Source: Eledone cirrhosa (Eukaryota). From it: DNA of 64,000 nucleotides. Positions within the stretch are counted from its first letter, which is position 1; each line of letters starts with the position of its first letter. Of the stretch, positions 12,894-23,418 are shown piece by piece. Below the pieces are notes generated by a model. It did not search any database. It was not told where the DNA came from and saw only the letters and a list, made by a program, of their open reading frames with translations. The position numbers and the translations under genes are program-made. The stretch covers positions 55,304,001-55,368,000 of the forward strand of contig OZ024744.1 of NCBI GenBank assembly GCA_964016885.1. Reading direction: 5' to 3'.

Positions 12894-13380
12894 TCTATAT
12901 ATCTAAAACAGAGAATGTCTGTCTGTCTGTCAGCTCACTAAAACTTGAGAACCATCCAACCGATTGTTTTCAAACTTTAGACATGTAATACTTATGGTCC
13001 TGTGAGTGTTTTGAGCAAATATTATTTAAAATTTTCAATGCCCTAGGGACCGCATTAGGCGATTTAGCGTTCTCTCTATATAATTCTTAGTCTTTCTTTT
13101 TAGAGATAAATTAGATATAACGTTGCGCCCTTATAATATCTGTCTGTATGTCTGGCTGTCTGCATTACGTCATTATGACGCACTCAGTGTGTGTGTGTAT
13201 ATATATATATGTATCGTAATGCAGACAGCAAGACATAGCTTTCCTTCCCCTCTTCCAGCGTCTCTCTCTCCCTCCCGCTATCCCCCTCTTGTAGTCTGTC
13301 GCTTTCTTTCACTCTCACTCTCTCTCTACGCGTCGGGCAGACAGACAGAGAAATTGCTGGTTATATATTATAAGGAGATT
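12894..13380 (+). mobile_element. Helitron-type 5' portion, inverted relative to 12567-12857
   Basis: TCTATATATCTAAAACAGAGAATGTCTGTCTG start; reverse complement of the neighbouring element. Confidence 0.7.
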
Positions 13381-14016
13381 ATACAGAAGACCCACCTTCT
13401 CATGTAGGGGACACTAGCCTGCAACTAACGTTTCCCTACTCCTCCACTATTCAACTTCCCTAGTCTTAATACCCTCATCCTGACTTCATTCATGTCCAAC
13501 TTGTATACTCCTTCCTGTCACCACTCTCATAATGCTGTCATGACAAAAAACACTTTGTCCACCACATATGCTGATCTGGCACAACAACATCAAAAGCACC
13601 TAATCCATCCAGTAAGGGAGTTCTACTGATAATGTGATGAAAGGCAGCTACATGTGCACTCTATAAATTGGTAGTGCTGGTGACATGACAGGCAACCCCA
13701 CCAGTCCATTCTGTGAGGTGGTCATACTGGTGACATGACAAAAAGTGCCCAGACCACCCTCTTCTTCCCCTTCTCCCACTTCATTCCTACTCCTCCCTCT
13801 TTTCCTCTTTATCCATTCAAAAGAAGTCTACCAATAACTGATCTGACTAGTTTTATCTGACATTCCTGATGATTTCATAGGAATGAAACAGTTCTAGTCC
13901 AGCAAAAGTCATTTTTGTATTAAATAAATATGCTGATTCTCTACAAATGTTTTGAGTACCTTATTCAACTGTGTTCATCCCTCCCTTAATCTCCTTTGTA
14001 ATACCATCCTTATTAT

Positions 14017-15180
14017 ACTGGGTCGCTCAGTTCTTTGAGGACATTTACATGAATTCAATACAAGACACATAACTCATTAAAAAAAGCTTTATTTGAATAC
14101 AAAATTGGCATAAATAATTTTGAGACTCTTCTTGAGGCATCTACTCAATGAATCCGCCAGTAGTATCGATGGCTGCTTTAATATGAGGTCTGAAACGTTG
14201 ACATTCCTGAATCAGATAATCTTTATCTATTTTAGACATAGTGCTAGTTATAGTGGACTTAAAAGATTTTATAGTGATATGTGGTCATTGATTGATTTCA
14301 CTCTCGGCTATGCTCCAACAGATTCAGGTCTGGAGAACTGGGAAGCCCTATATTTGGAGTGACACATCCATTTTTGGATTGTCTTGGCCTAATGACATGG
14401 TACATTTGTTGGTAGGTGCACGGTCTTCCTTTGCTTACACTCTCTATCCAAGGTCTCATAACCCTCTCCAACACCTCTTTATAGTTAGCAACATTGACCC
14501 TGAAGCCCTAAGGAAAGATGTAAGGAGGCATGACATCTCTCTTGTTCATAACTCCCATCACAGCTGCTGGAAACTCTGTGCATGACTGTTGGAACATCTT
14601 TAAAGTCTCTGCATACCACTCTGTCTTTCCTTCAATTGACTTTTTGGTCCTTATCAGAGAAAAACAAAAGCATTCCAGGCTCTAGATGTTTCAACTTGCT
14701 CAACAAGCACTCTGCATGGATCAGCTGGTTATCTTTTGGCTTTATGGGCATGGATTGACCTCTACACATCACATGACTTGCATCAAAGATCCTCCTCATG
14801 CACAATTCTTTTGATAGTGTGCCTTGAGCTCCTTAGCAATGGCGCTAATTGATTTTTTGAGTTTCTTATCAATAATTTTCTGCACTTTTTGTACAAATTT
14901 GGGTGCTTTGATGGCATTAGGACCCACGTTTAGCTACTGCTCTAGAATTCTCATCAGTGGTTTCCAGCTCTTTGTAAATTTAACAATAAATGACTGCAAC
15001 TTTCAGGAAATGAGCAATCTCTAAATCAGTCTGCTCTGTCTGTAAAGCAATGATTACAGAGTGCTTTTTCATTTGCTGAGTTAGCTTGACATCTGTCATT
15101 GTTTATCTGAAAAGAAATAATCAGAACAAGTTTTAGAAAATAAATTAGAGCTTTTAAAAGACGTGTTCTCAACCCTGTAT
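14017..15180 (-). mobile_element. Decayed Tc1/mariner-superfamily transposon
   Basis: Minus strand gives LPSSPDLNLL near 14310-14345 (SPDLNP motif); ends resemble TAC(A/T)GGGT TIRs. Confidence 0.55.
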
Positions 15181-15475
15181 TATGTAAGAGATAACTAAGT
15201 TTCACTTTGAAATGTTTTTATTCCATATCATACATGCAGATGGTCGGCTCAGTGTCTTAATCGATATGATAGACCTGGCTCCAATATCGATCTGCTCATC
15301 TGACATGTAGATTTAAATCAAAATATTTCCATCTCTGGGACATCAGACTTCCTACATATATATAATTGGTATCTTGTTTACATGTGGTCTCAATAGTGTG
15401 TTGGTATATTGACATGATCATCAACATGATAAGAAAAACCTACAATTCAAGCCATGTGGTGACAACTCGTCTTAT

Positions 15476-15859
15476 ATGAAGGACCTGCCCAATTGGACTG
15501 CCAAAATAAAAGAACCACTAGAATTGGTAGTCAAGACAGAGAACATATATATATATATCATGGATTACCAAATTTTCCATGACTGTTTTATGAGAGAAAT
15601 ACAGAAAAACTGCAAAATAAACAACAGAACGTATCTTGATGAAATTAATGCAAAGACATGTGAGTTTATGACTAAATTAAACATATATGACAGATCCGAA
15701 TTATACAGACCTAGGACACCCTGCATTACCATTAAGGACCACAAACCTGACTTTGAAAGCAACCTTCCAGTTAGACTGATAACCCCTTCAAAATCGCATC
15801 TAGGTAGTGTTAGCAAAAATATAATCAACAGTTATTCTGAACTTGAGTACTTGAGATAA
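15476..15859 (+). pseudogene. Penelope-like RT N-terminal fragment
   Basis: ITIKDHKPDFESNLPVRLITPSKSHLGSVSK, resembling the PLE K.HK...R.I motif. Confidence 0.7.
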
Positions 15860-15879
15860 TATCACAGGTGCGCTAGCTA

Positions 15880-16550
15880 TAGCACATGTCTGGGCATCAA
15901 TAGTGATGTCACCACGAGGCTGCCACAGAGTGGGTGTTGGTAGCTGATAGATTTTCTGATTTTCAAAGGACGTGCCCCTTCCACAAAAAGGTGAAGAGCA
16001 TGCATTCCAATCTGGTCAGATATTTTCTGGGTCGTGATATGATGGTCAGGTGGTAGTATACCACCAACGTGATGTAAGTGTTTGCCACCTCTGTCCACCC
16101 TTTGCCCATTTCTGAGTAAGAATGGCCACCTTGTTCATGACCTTTTCTCAGTTGTTGTTTATCTGGAGGTCTGGTCCAAACCAAACTCCAAGCACTTTAA
16201 CCAGGCAGTCAGTCCAGCTGGAGAGATTTCCACTGGTCAGCATGGACTTACATCTCCATGTACAAGTTTCAAGCCTACTGACTTATTCTGGTTAATGCAA
16301 ACTTAAATAACCTGCTGGTATTCATTGAGTGTGGTACCAACTCCTTCTATATCTGACAACATGACAGTGACAACATTTGTATATGCAGACATGGATCTCT
16401 TGTGACCAGGATCAAGCAGAATTCTTCTCAAGATTTCCTTTCTCCACAGCAGAGGTTCCAAAATTAACACATAGAGGCGGGGGAGAGGAGACAAACATAC
16501 CGTTCGATATGGAAGAGTTCTTATAACTGACCATTTAGTTTGACCACCTG
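15880..16550 (-). mobile_element. Old Tx1-like ORF2 fragment
   Basis: LYVLILEPLL, SMSAYTNVVTV, FLWKG; homologous to 18173-19693. Confidence 0.75.
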
Positions 16551-16709
16551 CTCATAGGATAGCCTTCCGAGAATTACAACAGGCTGTTGAGGTCGGAACT
16601 GAAGTCTCTCATCTCTACTCCACCCCACTTCGCAAAGGTATGGCAGAGTGCCAACTGGAAAACTGCACCCACCTGCTTGGGATCAGATTATATGTACCCT
16701 AATAATAAT

Positions 16710-16840
16710 TGTTTCTACTTTTTGGCACAAGGCCAGCAAAACCCAGTACATTACTGATACTTTATTTTATCGACCCCGTAAGGATGGAAGGCAAAGTTAA
16801 CCTCAGCGGGATTTGAACTCAGATCGTAAAGGGATGTAAC
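16710..16840 (-). mobile_element. tRNA-derived SINE (ATT-tailed family), 5'-truncated
   Basis: B-box GAGTTCAAATCCC on minus strand; 19-bp TSD TATGTACC(C/T)TAATAATAAT at 16691-16709 and 16841-16859. Confidence 0.85.
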
Positions 16841-16909
16841 TATGTACCTTAATAATAATAATAGCAAAATATACTAATATGAATAAGAATAGAAGTAAAA
16901 AAAAAAACA

Positions 16910-17304
16910 ATCATCATCATCATCATCGTTTAATGTCTATCTTCCACGCTAGCATGGGTTAGACGGGAGTTGCCCCACTTGAGGCAAGATTGGTTGTCTC
17001 GCTCGTATAGGACTATCTGGCAGGTTTTCTACGGCTGGATGCCCTTCCTAACACCAACCACATTTACAGTGTGGACTGGGAACTTTTTACTGTGTTACCT
17101 ACACAGCCACATTACAGCGTGGACTGTGTGTTTTTTGTCGTGTCACCTACATGATCTCATTAGTTTGGACTGGATGTTGTGGTACCAACATAACTTTACA
17201 GAGAAAGGGTGGTGTTGGCGGGAGTGGGAGGATGGAGTGGGATAGTAGTTTGGAGTGTATGTTTGGTTTGGAGGGGCCTACTGACTGTAGGTTAACTTTG
17301 CACG
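16910..17304 (-). mobile_element. RTE 3' end
   Basis: (CAT)n plus RTE 3' UTR. Confidence 0.85.
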
Positions 17305-17597
17305 TAATAATAATTGTTTCTACTTTTGGCACAAAGCCAGCAATTATCTCAGTATATTACTGGTACTTTATTTTATTGGCCCCTTAAGAACGAAAGGCAA
17401 AGTTAACCTTGGCGGGATTTGAACTCAGACTGTAAAGGGCTGTCACACTATGTTGCAAAGCATGGCGTCTGACCTTCTACCGATACTGCCAATCTACCAA
17501 TAATTGTTTCTATTTTAGGCACAAAGCCAGCAATTTTGGAGGAGTGGAAAGTCGATTAAATTGACCCAGTACAAAGCTAACCTTGGTGGGATTTGAA
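17305..17597 (-). mobile_element. Two stacked ATT-tailed SINEs (one near full length, one truncated)
   Basis: Two AATAATTGTTTCTA.TTT.GGCACAAAGCCAGCAA tails and two GGGATTTGAAC B-box complements. Confidence 0.8.
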
Positions 17598-17862
17598 CCA
17601 CCTAATAATAATGCTTTCTTTATTAACCACAAGGGTCTACATAAAGTAGACATTAAGGACAGTACAGGACAATACAGGGCGGTACAAATGGGCATTTCTG
17701 CATGTAAAAAACAAGAAACAGAGGATGTAATAATAGAACAATGAAAAAATTCCCCAATAGGGGCGAGACTTCGGAGGGACATTCGTAGAGAAAGCCCATT
17801 AAAAAGCCACAGTGACCCTGACCACCAGGGCAAGTGCCCTCTCCCAGTTTTCCACCTTTAAT

Positions 17863-20800
17863 TTACAGACACATACTCAGAGTATATAATTCACTCGGGC
17901 CATTCTTGCTTCTCTCACCCATCTTTCAACAAAATGCTGGCAAGAGAGCACTTCCCTTTCTACCCTGATTTTCCTTTTTAAATGAAATTTGAAAAAGTTA
18001 ATCAGGGCATCACCGAAGAGGTAAGTGCTCGTCTTCAGCCCTTTCAAACGTGTCCACTATACTATCTCTTTCGCCATGGCCACCAGGCAGATAAAAACTG
18101 CCTGCCCTTCCCAGCTGAAGGAAGAGGGCGGGGCAATCCTCACGATGGACTCAGCTGATAGCTGGATCCGTCCTACACGCGACAGCAGGTGTTCGACATA
18201 AACCCACAAGTCAGCAATGCTCGGACACTGGACGAGTGCGTGCAGGACGGTTTCGTCGCCCTGCGCGCATCTCGGACATGCCCGGCTGACGGCACCTCCA
18301 TGTCTGTAGAGTTTATCCCGAACTGGCAAAGCTCCTCGGTAGCACTGCCAGGCCAGGGATTTCTGGAAGTTGTCCAGAGGCCCCACCCGAAAGCTCTTCC
18401 GAAGAGATTGGCTAGTTGATTTTCGTCGACGCCTAGATTTTCCCCAAGTACGTCGTCGCTCTTCCCCTCCACCAATCCTCTATAGAACGCCAAGGTGGAG
18501 TTTCCACCGATCACATTGCCCGATTGGTCGAGGGTTGTGAGCGCCTGAAGACATTCCAGTCTCCAAGCGCTCCCTCTCGGTCTTCGCTTGACCCAGGACT
18601 GCAGCTCCGTCAAGGAAACGAGCTGGGGAAATATGTGTCTAGCAAACGGAGACCACACCTGATCACCGTTGAGGAAGAGGTGGAGATGTCGTAGCCTGAG
18701 CGCGTGTCTGCGCATTATCAGCCACGGCATTCCCAGCCCTCCACGTAGAGGGTGTTGACAGCAGATGGACCGCCTGACCATCGGAGCGCGTCCCTTCCAC
18801 AAAAAGCGAAAGAGCAAATGCTCCAGTGCAGTCAGGCGGGGCTTAGGACAAGGTACGACGGTCAGGCGGTAGCAGATGACGGACGCGATATACGCGTTAG
18901 CCACTTCCGCTCGACCTTTCAGGGATAGCTTCCTCTCCGCCCATTTCTGGGTGAGAGAAGCCACCCTGCTCGTCACCTCGTCCCAGTTTTTGTCCGTCTG
19001 GAGGTCTGGATCGAACCAGACCCTGAGCAATTTAACTGGTCCATCCGTCCAGCGCCCGACGACGCTGTTGGACGGCATGGACCTGCCTCTCCAGGTGCCG
19101 AGCTGCAGGCCCACTGACTTTTCCTGGTTGATCATTGCTCCTGTCACCGCTTCGTATTCTCTTAGTGTAGTGCCGATCGCCTCGATGTGTTTGGCGTTCG
19201 ACACCACTACGGTGACATCATCCGCATATGCTGACACGGATCTTCCGTATCCTAGTTCGCGCGGGACACCCCTCAACGTCTCCAGTTTGTGCAGTAATGG
19301 CTCGAGAGTCAATACGTACAAGAGGGACGAGAGGGGACATCCTTGGCGGACCGAGCGCATGATGTTGAACGGTTCCGACAGGTGACCGTTCACTCTCACC
19401 ACAGAGCAGATGTCGCTGTGCATGGCAGCGATCCAGCCTCTGAAGACGGGCCCAAAGCCAGCCGCCCTCAGGACTGCCGCTAGGTAACGATGGTCGACCC
19501 TATTGAAAGCTTTCGACTGATCTAAATTGATCAAGGACCCACCCGTGCCAGGTTCCCTAGCTACCCTCTCTACGATGTATCGCATGAGGTGAAGGTTGTC
19601 GAGGATGGATCTGTCGGGAATGGCGCATGTCTGCGCCTCTCCCACCAGACCACCAACAACAAGCATCAACCTCTTTGCTAGCACCTTGGCCAAAATCTTG
19701 AACTCTGTGTTTAGCAGAGTTATGGGCCTAAAATATCTATGTTATCCCCCTTGTTCGGATCCTTTCTCAGCAGCGCCACAGCTCCTCGGCTCACAGAGCT
19801 GGGAATTCTCCCGTTCTGTTGCCAGTTGCAGTAGACGTCCGCCAAGAGGTATCCGAACAAGTCTGGCAACTGTACGTAAAGTTCATAGGGCAGACCATCC
19901 AAACCAGGCGATTTACCCCTTGTGCAGCTAGTCATTGCCTCCCGTACTTCAGCGGCTGTTATCGGCTTTTTGCAACATTCCACCTCAGTGGCCGAGAGCC
20001 GCGGCAGTCCGTCGAGGTAGACACTAAAGTCCTTCCCTCGATCCGGCCCGCCGCTGCCTCCGAACAACTGAGCGAAGTGTCGCTGAAAAGCTTCACACAT
20101 TTGCCCGGGATCGAGTAGCATGCACCCGTCGTGGTCCACCAAAGACCGGATCGTGGCTTTGTTGCCAAGACGCACCTCTGCCACTCGGGCCCATTGAGAG
20201 CACGCACCCTAGCTCTGACAACGCAGCCTTTGTGCTTTGCATTGAAGAATTAGTCAAGGGCCAATTTCGCCGCAAGTACGTCGGTCGCGATGCCTTTGCT
20301 AAGCGCCTCGTCTAATTTTCTAACTAATTCTCCCTCTGCTCTATTTTTCGCTATTGCTAAAGCCTTTCTAAACCTAATGGACTCTATTCTAATTGCTCTT
20401 TTCAGAGCAAACCACCACTTGTTGTTGACGATGGCCCCCGTCAACGCCCGCTTAACTAGTTCGCTAATCCGGTCTCTGTAGGCCTTGCGCGCTGGTAAGG
20501 ACGCGTTTAGCTTCCAGTAGCCGGGTCCTCGTCTATGAAGCCTATCTAAGTCAAGCACACAGATCACAAATTTGTGGTCCGTGTAGCTGACTATCTTGAA
20601 TTGTGGACAGCCTATGCGAGACCTATCTATTTCTCTACAAAATACTCTATCTAGATATGATCTGGATGACCCTATGCGATTTGTCCAAGTCCACATTGGC
20701 ACATTCGGGAAATCCAATCGGTACCTGTCAGACAGTTCAAAACGCCTGAGCAGGTTGGTGAGGCTCTTGCACCCTCCTCCCTATCCACTGATCCCACACA

Positions 20801-21252
20801 GTCCCAGCGTGCATCTAAGATCCCGTTCCAGTCGCCAACTAACACTAAAGAGCGGGACGTTCCAAGAAAGGTCTCCAGACGCCAGAAAAAATCAGGCGCC
20901 CTGCTCCTGTCGGGGCATAGACGGCCACTAGCCTGAAAGCTTGCGCGTCTCCGCTGGTCACGTCTAGCACCACCAACTTACCTTCTGGGTCCAGGAAGAT
21001 GGCCCGTATGGCGAGATCCAAACCTCTCCGAAAAAGCACAGCAACTCCTCCCCCCGATCCCGAACGGCTGGGAGATGCGTACACATCATAGCCGCCGAAG
21101 ATCGGTGCGAAGGCCCGTGCTTCAGAGATTCTGGTCTCGCTGATGGCCACTACATCTATGTTTAGTGACCTGAGGTCGTTGAGCAGGTGGCCCTGCTTCC
21201 ATGACGACCCCAAGCCACGTGCATTTATGCTGCCTATTCTGAGTGAGGTCAT
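17863..21252 (-). pseudogene. Tx1 ORF2 (apurinic-like endonuclease, reverse transcriptase, zf-RVT), a few frameshifts/stops
   Basis: SINARGL, ISETR, VYAP, YLDR, TDH; KSPGLDG, LDQSKAFNRV, VRQGCPLS, AYADD; CPRC...H...C. Confidence 0.92.
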
Positions 21253-21286
21253 GTTGAAAAGGAGTGGAAAAGATGGGAAAGACCAC

Positions 21287-22566
21287 TTACCTTACTTCTC
21301 GTAGAGGAAGGATGGTTTGTCCATCCTTTTCACTGCTTGTGGCCTCCTCCGGAAGGATGTCCTTATAAATCCTCCTGGAGAGGGCTTGTCGGAAGTCTCC
21401 GATGTCTTTGGGGAATTTTTGTTTTAGTGTCGTGTACGTTTTCTGTGTGATGAGAGTGATTTGTATGTGTGGAGGTGGTGTGAACTTTTGGGTTGTTGTG
21501 TAGTCTTTTTCGGTGATGCTGGTGTTGTGTTGCATGTAGTGCAATAATTGGTTGTTGTTCAAATTTAATTGTTTCTACTTTTGGCACAAGGCCAGCAATT
21601 ACCCAATGCATTACTTATTGTTGTTCAAATTTAATGCTGTGTAGTGTGTATCGTTTTGGTAGTTTTGTTTTGTTTGCGTTTGTTGTGGGTTTGTTTCTGT
21701 TACGCTTTTTGGTGACTTTTGTGGTGTTGGTGATGGTGGTGGTGATGGTGTTGGTGTTTGTGGTGATGGGGTTGGTGATGCTGGTGTGGATGGTGGCATA
21801 TCTGTCCTAACTTTTTTGTTTGATAATTTATTTGTTTCCCTCTGTATTTTGTTTTTGGAGGGGGAAGGAAGAGAATTTTTTCTTTTTTGGTTTCTTTTTT
21901 TCTTTTTTCCTGATACTGTTTCCCACTCCTCGTCGTCACAATCTGTCTCCAGTTGCGATAAGCCGGGAGTGGAAAATCCTCCGCAGGCGTTGGTTTTGGT
22001 TGTGGCGTGGTGGATGGTGTAGGCGCTGGTGCTAGTTCTGGCGCGTTGGGTGGTGGTGGTGTTGGTTTTGCTACTGTTGCTGGGGTTGTTGCTGTTACAG
22101 TTGCTTCTGTTGTTGCTCCTACAATTGTTGCTGCCATTTCTGCTGCTGGTGGTGTTGATGGTTGAGTCACTGGGGTGGGTAAGAGAGGTGGCTTCAACCT
22201 TTTAGCCTGAGGGCAGAAAGCCCTTAGGTGGGTTCCTTCACCACAAACGACACACCTAGGTCTTTTCTTCTGCCCTCGACGATTACGGTGAGGTCTATTA
22301 CCTCTGGGATCTCCTCAATGCTTTTATGGTCTGCTTGGATCAGGAGCTCCATCCCAGATCCGGACCAGTTCTTCTGCTTTTCTTTCGCTATTTCAATTAT
22401 CTTGGTTAAGGCCTCGATGCCGGTGAGGACGGCAGCCATTAGCCAGGGAATTTCGATGGCCGGTGGAACGTGGGTCACCCTGATCTTCACAAGTCTCTGG
22501 CCACAATAGCTTGGGACGAGTGTGAAGTCGTCACTTCTTAATGGGGCCATGGAGTGTTCTCTGGCC
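21287..22566 (-). pseudogene. Tx1 ORF1 (gag-like) C-terminal part, disrupted
   Basis: Homologous to ORF1 of copies C and E (VEGR..C..CG...HL.AFC); interrupted by a 48-bp SINE tail. Confidence 0.8.
21570..21617 (-). mobile_element. 48-bp SINE 3'-tail insertion inside Tx1 ORF1
   Basis: 18-bp perfect TSD TTGTTGTTCAAATTTAAT at 21552-21569 and 21618-21635. Confidence 0.9.
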
Positions 22567-22582
22567 TAATAATAACCACCTA

Positions 22583-22589
<7 letters not shown>

Positions 22590-22620
<31 letters not shown>

Positions 22621-22725
22621 TTCTTTATTGGCCACAAGGGCTAACATCAAGAAAAACATTACAGACGGCACAGGATGGTACCGGACGTACGATGTGGGTT
22701 TTGTGCGTGTAAATATTTATAAACT
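22590..22725 (-). mobile_element. Tx1 3'-end remnant (GGCCACAAGGGCT subfamily)
   Basis: (AAT)n then GATTTCTTTATTGGCCACAAGGGCTAACATCAAG, as at 43077 and 48836. Confidence 0.8.
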
Positions 22726-23009
22726 GTGGGCTAGCTTCCTCCTTGTAAATATGGTGTTTATAATAATAATAATAATAATAATGATAATAATAATAATAAA
22801 AGTCCAGATAACCTTAGAAACAATAGCCATTGTAATCCTACAGGCATCAGAGATAAATTGAACAGAGCAAATGACAGCAGTAATGTTTACATATATACTA
22901 GTAGTCACTGATGTAGTGGCAGCATTGTGGACAGGCCAAATGACAGCTGGGATGACACTTGAATGGTGGCTCTGATAGCAACAGCAACATTAATATTGAT
23001 AATAATAAT

Positions 23010-23063
23010 TGTTTCTACTTTTGGCACAAGGCCAACAATTATTCCAGTACATTACTGGTACTT
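23010..23063 (-). mobile_element. SINE 3'-tail insertion
   Basis: 16-bp TSD TATTGATAATAATAAT at 22994-23009 and 23064-23079. Confidence 0.85.
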
Positions 23064-23070
23064 TATTGAT

Positions 23071-23418
23071 AATAATAATAATTTCTTTATAGGCCATTAG
23101 GGCCTACATAAAGGGGACAGTACAAAAAGACAAGGACAGTGAGGGTTTACAATAAAATTGAGTAAAAAAACCACAGATTAACAAAAACAATTAATAATAA
23201 AATTACAACATTAAAAATTCCCCAGTAGGGGGGAGAACCACCCAGGGGCAACTCAGGTACTGCACCAATCCTGAACCACCCGATGCTTCAAGGGTACCCC
23301 TCTACTCAAATCAACCAACCTACAGGCGCATATTCAGAATAGTCCCATTTACATGGGCCATTCTCATCACATTCAACCACCTTTTAGCAAATGTACCGTC
23401 AACTTCCTTTCCAAGTGA
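23071..23418 (-). mobile_element. Tx1 3'-end remnant, third subfamily
   Basis: (AAT)n-TTCTTTATAGGCC..., CCCAGTAGGGGG hairpin and ORF2 C-terminus. Confidence 0.7.

Larger units (their letters stand above)
17603..22566 (-). mobile_element. Tx1/L1-clade LINE copy A (5'-truncated within ORF1)
   Basis: ORF1 CCHC knuckle and P/T-rich linker; ORF2 EN + RT + CCHC; AATAAA and (ATT)n tail; AACCACCTAATAATAAT duplicated at 17596-17612 and 22574-22590. Confidence 0.95.

Noticed and set aside
18173-19693. Intact 506-aa RT gene, or a bacterial RT system (retron, DGR, group II intron)
   Set aside because: It is one segment of a frameshifted Tx1 ORF2, with upstream EN and a LINE tail
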